Shown here: positions 40,101 through 43,621 of the stretch, piece by piece
Layout: the number at the start of each line of letters is the position of its first letter
How positions within the stretch are numbered: position 1 is the stretch's first letter
Source of the DNA: Octopus bimaculoides
Taxonomy: Eukaryota
Reading direction: 5' to 3'
Assembly: GCF_001194135.2 (NCBI RefSeq)
Contig: NC_068985.1
Location: forward strand, 42,748,484 to 42,792,104
DNA length: 43,621 nucleotides
The notes under the pieces: model-generated
The model's database searches: none
What the model was told of the DNA's origin: nothing
What the model saw: the letters and a program-made list of their open reading frames with translations, nothing else
Program-made: the position numbers and the translations under genes

Positions 40101-41353
40101 CTTGAATCCAAGGAAATAGTTGATTGTATGATTTTGTCTGTGAAGGAACATAGCTCATGACTTTTTTTATAGGGTCTCTGAGATTGATTTGTGGTTGGAG
40201 AATAAGAAACTATATCTCGTGTGTTGTCCTGAGACTGGAGATCTGCTTTGCTTACTTGTAACTGATTGGACTTACCTAAAGGCACCAAAGATGGTACTGT
40301 TAACCCTTTAGCATTCAAACTGGCCACATGCAGCCAAAATATTTAACCTGTTTTATGTTGAAACTGACCAGATCTGGCCTCTCACTTCAACCCTACAATG
40401 TCGTTCTAAAACTAAACAATCTCATCATTGAAATCTCTACAAGATACTGTATAATTAATTCAAAACAATATAAATAAGCAGATATTTACATTTGACAATA
40501 ATCTGAATACTAAAGGGTTAAGCTGGGTAATGAATTATTTTTACCATTAGAGAACAGATATAGTTTACCTGAAGTGCTTCCATACAGTTAGCCTGTTCAG
40601 TTTCATGTTTATGACTTTGTTTGACTTCAGATTATTGTAGATAACATACCCCCAAGGTGTTATAAAGTAGAATCAAATCTGAAATCACCTGATTTTTAAC
40701 AACAAAATCAAGTTTGGGCTCATGTAAGAATTCTACAAAATAAGCTTAAATATTAAATGAATTCTTATTTAAATGTTGTCCATTTTCTGACTCATTTAAA
40801 GTACAGAATTCATGCAGTGATTACTGAAACTCCTTTCCTATCTATTACAAATTGACATCATTTTCTTATTTGATGACTGACTAACACAAACATTTCTACC
40901 TTTCAGATTATAACTAATTAACTCTTAACCTTTAATTAACTGAGATCTATTGGCCAACTATTTCTGTGCTAGAAATAAAACAAGGCTGATTTCTTCAGGA
41001 ATATTTTCTTTTTCTATTAAGATATGCATATTTTCAAAAAACACTTTTTTATGTACCTTGTAAAAATCGCTCTTCTTTTTAATGTAAATAGTTAAAGATA
41101 TAGTCCTTCCTTCTTCAGTTACTAGACTAGTCTGCTACTTATTTGACTAACTGTGATTATTGGTTGATAAAATGTGCTTTCACTAAACTCTTATTTCTAT
41201 CAGGAGCGCCAGTCTATGATAAGGGGCCTTTGTGAGGGATTACATAAACTTCATAGTAGTGGCATAATACATGGTGAGATCAACCCTTCCACAGTATTAC
41301 TGAAACCAGATCGGACATTGGTTATAACAATGCCAGATTTCTCAACACCTTTG
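2262..41353 (+). CDS. STK31: STK31/TDRD8-like gene, partial at both ends: RRM + extended Tudor + coiled coil + pseudokinase; 23 exons, 960 codons assembled
   Basis: All 23 exons have AG acceptors and GT donors with compatible phases and join into one stop-free frame. Motifs: RRM (GRLFSKFGEI...SYVRF...KAVDECNG), Tudor (AAKFSEDQLWYRC / VSFVDYGNEE), STK31-like pre-kinase stretch (WLQQKPSL...LKSQLRHRL...HFPELLL...LGITSYL), kinase subdomain VI (GLHKLHSSGIIHGEIN). The Tudor-coiled coil-kinase order is the known STK31 architecture. Symbol assigned by recognition, not by search. Confidence 0.82.
2900..3140 (+). mobile_element. Non-autonomous element with subterminal palindrome, Helentron/HINE-like
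   Basis: Ends ...AAACAATACCTCCGC TTTAGCTAAG GCGAAGGTAATAA (hairpin 3109-3134) after an AAAC microrepeat. Family assignment by resemblance only. Confidence 0.4.
3745..3864 (+). CDS. STK31: Exon 2: RRM RNP1, helix 2, beta4
   Basis: tttcttttAG / GTgaat; YVRFYCDEDSKKAVDECNGCDVDGNTIVVRRTGKNDKRH(R); phase 2-2. Confidence 0.88.
3935..5830 (-). mobile_element. Decayed RTE-clade LINE (ORF2 linker, RT, 3' tail)
   Basis: Minus strand gives EFLLYAADLVLIAE (YADD motif, about 4655-4697) and a degenerate GVHQGS region near 4760-4800; (GAT)n-type tail near 3935; many stops and indels. Confidence 0.8.
5862..6060 (-). mobile_element. RTE-type 3' tail / RTE-tailed SINE fragment
   Basis: CATCATCATTTAATGTCC...CCATGCTGGCATGGG...TACAGCTGGATGCCCTTCCTAATG; the same motif recurs near 33470 and 37015 and, inverted, near 43030. 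Confidence 0.65.
6673..6920. mobile_element. Unclassified interspersed repeat ending in a (TA)n tract
   Basis: Discrete GC-richer block with an internal duplicated motif (ttgtatcatct), abutting (TA)n; layout resembles 27887-28081. Confidence 0.4.
6923..6974. repeat. (TA)n microsatellite
   Basis: Direct reading. Confidence 0.95.
6975..7580 (-). mobile_element. tRNA-derived SINE, family A, with internal (CA)n and an insertion
   Basis: Reverse complement of the head and body seen at 15481 and 22169 (GGTTxxGAAGCTT...CAACCATG...GGGTAAGTGTCTTCTACTATAG). Confidence 0.7.
7791..7873 (+). CDS. STK31: Exon 3: basic linker
   Basis: tttttattAG / GTaaaa; KPGEKFQSVGMKSEKKNDRISNRGPDI; phase 2-1. Confidence 0.75.
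8146..8178. repeat. Perfect 15-bp inverted repeat with 3-nt loop
   Basis: AGACACTAGCCTATT-GTA-AATAGGCTAGTGTCT. Confidence 0.95.
8389..8601 (+). mobile_element. piggyBac-like MITE, copy 1
   Basis: TTAA / CCCTTTAGCATTT ... AAATGCTAAAGGG / TTAA; 213 bp. Strand is relative between copies. Confidence 0.88.
9071..9168 (+). CDS. STK31: Exon 4: linker
   Basis: ttttgtatAG / GTaaga; (V)PYEDRPNRHTGTNRPDGKNSRCSQSSPEDPAD; phase 1-0, which bridges exons 3 and 5. Confidence 0.75.
9290..9685 (+). mobile_element. RTE LINE remnant: endonuclease C-terminus joined directly to the post-RT tail
   Basis: Degenerate DFNGHVGQH...YGIWNSEESRFLQFC (APE), followed directly by YGNETW-like and GRPKKT-like segments. Confidence 0.6.
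9968..10804. mobile_element. Mariner-derived fold-back element built from two oppositely oriented 5' arms
   Basis: Left arm (+): TIR GGTCTGATCAATAAATATCTGGAC, then MTEKVEQRI*IKFCQKLGDTCSEAYAK. Right arm (-): TIR TACGAGGTTTGATCAATAAGTATCAGGAC, then ...QVYKWF...DERSGRP...NDENFLK, stopping before the first catalytic Asp. Confidence 0.8.
11007..12933 (-). mobile_element. Internally deleted Ty3/gypsy LTR retrotransposon (5' LTR 12682-12933, 3' LTR 11007-11265)
   Basis: Two diverged direct repeats of about 255 bp (minus strand TGTTGTG... start on the 5' LTR, ...AACA end on the 3' LTR). PBS TGGCAACGAGGAT (12668-12680); PPT GAAAAGGGGAGA (11266-11277). Gag remnant DLFKCLIFVQGL...ILTKLEQD (ORF 11824..12117), a CFNC zinc-knuckle remnant, and an integrase C-terminal remnant FDKLLP...QIGKMMYMV. 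Confidence 0.88.
13634..13786 (+). CDS. STK31: Exon 5: N-terminal strands and helix of extended Tudor
   Basis: tttttttAG / GTatga; ETVLVSHVENCNVIWVQVVTEDVQEKLLYVTNQLAEVCPKAKKVEKIQLNK; phase 0-0. Confidence 0.9.
14022..14102 (+). CDS. STK31: Exon 6: Tudor core, first half
   Basis: cccacttcAG / GTaaat; IFAAKFSEDQLWYRCIIREQQQHLSSK; phase 0-0. Confidence 0.93.
14997..15322 (+). mobile_element. tRNA-derived SINE (family A head, different tail)
   Basis: TGGTCGTGTGGTTAAGAAGC...GGTTTCAGTCCCACTG...GGCAAGTGTCTTCTACTATAG. Confidence 0.7.
15481..15852 (+). mobile_element. tRNA-derived SINE, family A with RTE-like tail
   Basis: A-box-like TGGCTGTGGTTAAGAAG, B-box-like GATTCAATCCC, tail GCATGGAGAAGAGATGTTAAAATGATG. 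Confidence 0.72.
15949..16098 (+). CDS. STK31: Exon 7: Tudor core, second half
   Basis: atcattttAG / GTaatt; VRVSFVDYGNEEETCVNNLVEVPPNICEFKPFARKVILNLTKSKKYMDEK; phase 0-0. Confidence 0.93.
16685..17022 (+). CDS. STK31: Exon 8: SN-like OB-fold end plus S/P/N-rich linker
   Basis: cattatttAG / GTgagt; GLAFVKEFTNGKLLKL...GELFYDGFSLSDLFVQEGY...; phase 0-2; matches ORF track 16688..17026. Confidence 0.9.
17351..17645 (+). mobile_element. RTE LINE 3' fragment
   Basis: Degenerate YGNETW and WVGHVLRKDE-like segments. Confidence 0.55.
18235..18403 (+). CDS. STK31: Exon 9: coiled-coil start
   Basis: gttcatctAG / GTatat; DLREPIPKLHGW...LQSELTSTKQELAQIRQEKDALLLELSNTQSKLK; phase 2-0. Confidence 0.88.
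18975..19192 (+). mobile_element. tRNA-derived SINE, family B
   Basis: GAGTTCAAATTCTGCCAAGGTTGACTTTGCCTTTCATCC; related copies at about 13410, 17120, 19295, 21946 and 38905-39850. Confidence 0.7.
20205..20258 (+). CDS. STK31: Exon 10
   Basis: ctatcaaacAG / GTgagt; NIQTEYNNKLSENSYHEL; phase 0-0. Confidence 0.75.
21433..21476 (+). CDS. STK31: Exon 11
   Basis: tttaattccAG / GTaagt; TKNIITLTEKVRKL(R); phase 0-2. Confidence 0.8.
21946..22166 (+). mobile_element. tRNA-derived SINE, family B
   Basis: AAGGCAACAAGCTGGCAGAATC...GAGTTCAAATGCTGCC...GGGTCGATAAAATAAGTACCAG. Confidence 0.72.
22169..22713 (+). mobile_element. tRNA-derived SINE, family A, directly following the family B copy
   Basis: GCAGGCATGGCAGTGTGGTTAAGAAG head, internal (TG)n, GCATGGAAAG...GTTAAAATGAT tail. 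Confidence 0.7.
22845..22910. repeat. 34-bp tandem duplication
   Basis: ATGTTCTTAYGTACTCATTTAATGGATCAGAA twice, one mismatch. Confidence 0.9.
23062..23239 (+). CDS. STK31: Exon 12
   Basis: tcatttttAG / GTaggt; SQFPTNGEGGSSTLTKAIELATSRERMQ...EILNSDKNQ; phase 2-0. Confidence 0.85.
23660..23832. repeat. Degenerate minisatellite, about 45-bp unit x4
   Basis: AGCTATTAGAAATAGGTACCATGTTATCTGTGATAAACC-like units near 23667, 23714, 23757, 23804. Confidence 0.75.
25175..25690 (-). mobile_element. CR1/L2/Jockey-type LINE RT fragment
   Basis: Minus strand: degenerate 'THPSNY', 'METLINNHFL' and 'LDINKAFDCV' (RT N-terminal motifs) with frameshifts. Confidence 0.6.
26236..26358 (+). CDS. STK31: Exon 13
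   Basis: tattctgcAG / GTaggt; ADLSELIEARDSTRVKLCESLSMCLADLSNIPLEEKLKQMQ; phase 0-0. Confidence 0.88.
26643..27071 (-). mobile_element. tRNA-derived SINE, family A
   Basis: Reverse complement of the family A head (GTGGCTGTGTGGTAAGAA...GGTTCAATCCCACTG) and (GAT)n tail. Confidence 0.72.
27693..27797 (+). CDS. STK31: Exon 14
   Basis: ttttgtacAG / GTtagt; DVVNNLGMEYKNFLHFAVHSVPPLADLLPAYTDWK; phase 0-0. Confidence 0.85.
27887..28081 (+). mobile_element. Penelope-type short repeat between (TA)n tracts, containing a degenerate hammerhead
   Basis: Flanked on both sides by (TA)n; hammerhead-like motif at 27953-27989. Confidence 0.55.
27953..27989 (+). ncRNA. Minimal hammerhead ribozyme motif (degenerate)
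   Basis: TCTTT CTGTTGA A GAGC-ATA-GCTC GAAAC ATT AAAGA. Stem I 5 bp, stem II 4 bp; core deviations A6>U and G16.2>A. Confidence 0.55.
28521..28740 (-). mobile_element. piggyBac-like MITE, copy 2 (inverted relative to copy 1)
   Basis: TTAA / CCCTTTAGCATT ... AATGCTAAAGGG / TTAA; 220 bp. Confidence 0.88.
28905..29217 (+). mobile_element. Mariner 3' fragment
   Basis: CGFELVDHPPYSLDLTSSDYHLFPNVKK (YSPDL motif); TIR-like end TGAACTTTTCATCCAACCTTCATA. Confidence 0.75.
29639..29728 (+). CDS. STK31: Exon 15
   Basis: ctgcatttAG / GTgagt; KKKEVEFEKVRSETDSCRKKLSNTLSLIEA; phase 0-0. Confidence 0.85.
30285..30395 (+). CDS. STK31: Exon 16
   Basis: tttattgtAG / GTatgt; HLKLNSTPTIIEEVPNIGFWLRQFTQALQHEVAITDL; phase 0-0. 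Confidence 0.83.
30794..31767 (+). mobile_element. 5'-truncated RTE LINE (RT C-terminus, Cys/His finger, 3' end)
   Basis: EFAVKVGVHQRSVLSPLLF; CTRCEKWIHGRC...FICGRCE; FCYLGD; tail GGATGATG. YADD segment absent. Confidence 0.85.
31836..32084 (+). CDS. STK31: Exon 17: coiled coil, STK31-like segment
   Basis: gtgtatttAG / GTaagt; EHSRNATFITSILHAVKRELDEEQ...PWLQQKPSLTELQESKKNVRLLKSQLRHRLADLQDVEE; phase 0-0. Confidence 0.9.
33291..33435. repeat. Degenerate minisatellite, about 24-26-bp unit
   Basis: AGATCATAT core at 33291, 33324, 33348, 33372, 33398. Confidence 0.75.
33944..34239 (+). mobile_element. tRNA-derived SINE, family C (CORE/Meta-like central domain)
   Basis: B box GAGTTCAATTCC, followed by GTGCCCTTAAGCAAGACACTT and GCTCTAGTCCACTCAGCTG. 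Confidence 0.55.
34627..34725 (+). CDS. STK31: Exon 18
   Basis: ttactaccAG / GTaagg; NEGYNEHHHELKTKLEEVRANLHKCMAEEDQHM; phase 0-0. Confidence 0.85.
35505..35585 (+). CDS. STK31: Exon 19
   Basis: tgttttgtAG / GTaaat; QRIADLAERHFPELLLQNTDLGITSYL; phase 0-0. Confidence 0.88.
35850..36067 (-). mobile_element. piggyBac-like MITE, copy 3 (inverted, degenerate TIRs), ending 72 nt before exon 20
   Basis: TTAA flanks; body matches the reverse complement of copies 1 and 4 (ACCCTACAATGTCATTCTAAAAATAAACAATC). Confidence 0.8.
36139..36252 (+). CDS. STK31: Exon 20: kinase-fold subdomains I-II
   Basis: atttctacAG / GTaaga; NYNGMVKAGREPDHYCLEKQIASGVYQTWFNSEEVLIQ; phase 0-0. Confidence 0.85.
37015..37225 (-). 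mobile_element. RTE-type tail / SINE fragment
   Basis: TTTCCCTGCTGGCATG...TTTCTACAGCTGAATGCCCTGCCTAAAGCCAACCACTTTACA. Confidence 0.6.
37551..37670 (+). CDS. STK31: Exon 21: kinase-fold subdomains III-IV
   Basis: actttttcAG / GTaagt; EHLISDNAPVSREEFLQNAKTYYGIQSPHLVPLQAVFFSK; phase 0-0. Confidence 0.88.
38200..38417. mobile_element. Second TTAA-flanked MITE family
   Basis: TTAA / CCCTTTTAATACC ... GGTCACAAAAGGG / TTAA; 218 bp; body unlike copies 1-4. Confidence 0.75.
38724..38804 (+). CDS. STK31: Exon 22: kinase-fold subdomain V
   Basis: tattttcAG / GTatga; NQRQIFVQLPLIGQPFADYIGESFSEK; phase 0-0. Confidence 0.85.
38905..39850 (+). mobile_element. Cluster of four co-oriented family B SINEs
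   Basis: GTTCAAA(T/C)...GT(C/T)(A/G)ACTTT(A/G)C...TTT(C/T)AT core near 38975, 39278, 39450, 39675; (ATT)n tails between copies. Confidence 0.75.
40304..40517 (+). mobile_element. piggyBac-like MITE, copy 4
   Basis: TTAA / CCCTTTAGCATTCA ... TGAATACTAAAGGG / TTAA; 214 bp. Confidence 0.88.
41204..41353 (+). CDS. STK31: Exon 23: kinase-fold subdomains VIa-VII
   Basis: ttctatcAG / GTaact; ERQSMIRGLCEGLHKLHSSGIIHGEINPSTVLLKPDRTLVITMPDFSTPL; phase 0-0; gene continues past the window. Confidence 0.92.
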
Positions 41354-41398
41354 GTAACTCTTTTAACATCATTTTTAATCTTACCACCATTTGCTGTA

Positions 41399-42619
41399 TT
41401 AGGTTGTTCTGAAAATAATGGCTACTCTAAGTGTTGTTTTGAAATGGAAATTTATCAGTGTATTTTAATTATATTTTAGGTGCATTTTGACATACTTAAT
41501 AATTGATGTATTCTCTTTAATAATTTTCTACTTATTTCAGATACAAAACATTCTTGAAGCATAGGCGCCCTTAAATATGAACATTTCAAAAAGGACCTTC
41601 TCTTACTTTTCTTGCATGAGTTCAAGCTTTGGTACAATGCCTCCCAAACTACTGCCTCTATCAACAGTACGAAGGTGGTTTCAGAAATTCCGTAGTGGTG
41701 ATGAGAGCCTTGAAGATGAAGAAGGTAGAGGACGGTCCTGCAGTCTTGACAATGAACAACTGAAAGCAATTGTTGAACAAAACCCACGTCAAAGTGTCAG
41801 AGAAATATCCCAGGCACTTGGTGTCGGTATTGTGACGGTCTCATGCAATCTGCGGAAGATTGGTAAGGTGAAAAAGCTCGATAAATGGGTACAGCATGAG
41901 CTCAAGGAAAATCAAAAAGTCGGTGTTTTGAAGTGTGCTCAATGCTTTTTCTGTGAAACACCAATGATCTTTTTCTGACCGAATAGTCACTTGTGATGAA
42001 AAGTGGATCCTTTATGATAACCATAAACGATCAGGTCAATGCCTTGATCGTGATGAGTCCCCCAAACATTTCCAAAAGCCAAAGTTGCTTCAGCAAAAGA
42101 TTATGGTGACTGTCTGGTGGTCTGCAATTAGTGTTGTCCATTACAGCTTTCTGGAAGCCAATCAGAGCATTACAGGAGAGTTTTGCTGCAATTAACGTGG
42201 TGAAATGCATGCTCACTTGCAAAAAACGAGGCCTGCATTGGTGAGGTGTGGCCCAATTCTGCTCCACGATAATGAAAATCCACATGTTGCAAGAATGATG
42301 TTGCAGTAACTCACAGACTTGGGATACGAGACTTTACCACATCCTCCATTTTATCCTGATCTTTCACCCACTGACTACCATTTTTTAACACGTTTTTAAG
42401 TGATGAAACTTTCAGGTCCAAACTAGAGCTGGAATCAGTTTTCAAAGATTTCTTGGCATCAAAGCCAATAGGTTTTTATCAACGAGGCATAAATAATCTC
42501 GTTGATCGATGGCAGAGATGTTCACGGCTCATACTTTGACTAATCAAAACATTTCTATTGTTAATTTTTCCAGAATAAAATTGTTTCTGAAATCGGCCAT
42601 TATTTTCAGAATAATCTAA
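41399..42619 (+). mobile_element. Near full-length mariner (DD34D) transposon, transposase pseudogenised
   Basis: TA / TTAGGTTGTTCTGAAAATAATGGC ... GCCATTATTTTCAGAATAATCTAA / TA. Motifs RRWFQKFRSGDESLED, DKWVQHEL, IVTCDEKW, LLHDN, FYPDLSPTDY, with frameshifts and stops. Confidence 0.92.
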
Positions 42620-42632
42620 TAATAATAATAAT

Positions 42633-42672
<40 letters not shown>

Positions 42673-42769
42673 GACTGAAGCTTTGTGATTGAATTTGGTA
42701 GGCGGAAGTTACTGCCGTGTGTGTATATGTCTGTGTATGTGCTTGTGCCTCTCTCCCAGAGAGTGAGAG

Positions 42770-42799
<30 letters not shown>

Positions 42800-42801
<2 letters not shown>

Positions 42802-42975
42802 CAATGTTGTATATTTGTGTTGATATATTTGATATATATCAATGTTATATATTTGTATTGATATATTTGATATATATCAATGTTATATATTTGATATATA
42901 TCAATGTTGTATATTTGTATTGATATATTTGATATATATTAATGTTGTATATTTGTATTAATATATTTAATGTTC
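42800..42975. repeat. AT-rich minisatellite (about 38-bp unit) derived from (AT)n
   Basis: TATCAATGTTRTATATTTGTRTTGATATATTTGATATA repeated. Confidence 0.85.
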
Positions 42976-43233
42976 TTGCTCTATGATTGTGAGGCTTGGA
43001 TGTTGTCTGGGGCTCCTTAGGAGCTGCCTGAACGCTTCAAACCGTCCAACCCATGCCTGCATGGAAAACGGACATTAAACGATGATGATAATGATATTCT
43101 ATAATAAATAAATTACTTACATGTCTGTATTAATATAAACAACTTTTTAAATCAATACAGATATTAAGCTAGCTCATCAAGTGAGAGAAAAAAATCTGTG
43201 TTACGTAATAATCTCTCAACATAACATGTTTGA

Positions 43234-43621
43234 GACAAGTTACTTGAAGGATTTAACGAAATAGGAGATATAGCATCATACAACGTGGAAGACAATTGGA
43301 GATTTCTGCGGGACACCCTGTTGAAAGCCACCGACCAGATTTGTGGGTGGTGTAAGGTCCCCTCCCGACCCAGAGTAACGTGGTGGTGGAACAAGGAGGT
43401 AGACAGGGCTATTAGACAAAAGAAACAGGCTTGGAAGGACTGGAAGAACGGTGGTAGCAGGGAATTGTACCAATGTGCCAGAAGGGAGGCTAGGCGACAG
43501 GTTTATTTAGCCAGAGGGGAAGCAGATAAGAAAAGATTTGCCAATGTTCTGCGCCGTGAGGACCAAAGACTCGAGGTATTTCGTGTTGCAAGACAGTGTA
43601 GGAGAGAGAATAGTGATGTTG
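43234..43621 (+). mobile_element. 5'-truncated, apparently young RTE LINE ORF2 (linker between EN and RT), open to the window end
   Basis: Stop-free frame DKLLEGFNEIGDIASYNVEDNWRFLRDTLLKATDQICGWCK...TWWWNKEVDRAIRQKKQAWKDWK...; 12 CpG in 388 bp. Confidence 0.85.

Noticed and set aside
41577-42400. Functional or domesticated mariner transposase
   Set aside because: N-terminal deletion, frameshifts and stops interrupt the DD34D domain.

Overview
AT-rich animal genomic DNA; the SINE, RTE-LINE and MITE content resembles coleoid cephalopods (Octopus-like), which is an inference from repeat style. One large plus-strand gene spans almost the whole window. I assembled 23 GT-AG coding exons (2262-41353, 2880 nt, 960 codons, splice phases all compatible). 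They encode an RRM, an extended Tudor (Tudor-SN-like) domain with an intact aromatic cage, a long coiled-coil region and the first part of a catalytically degenerate kinase fold: an STK31/TDRD8-like protein with an extra N-terminal RRM. The first coding exon is not visible (there is a 100-N gap at 1867-1966) and the 3' end lies beyond the window. A CpG-rich putative promoter sits at about 720-1260. The introns hold RTE and CR1/Jockey LINE fragments, tRNA-derived SINEs, five TTAA-flanked piggyBac-like MITEs, three mariner pieces (one a fold-back made of two 5' arms), and an internally deleted gypsy element with both LTRs, PBS and PPT. Two repeats carry degenerate minimal hammerhead ribozyme motifs; one (minus strand, upstream of the gene) lies downstream of tandem tRNA-like Pol III heads. 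Exon coordinates are exact; most transposon boundaries are approximate and read by eye.
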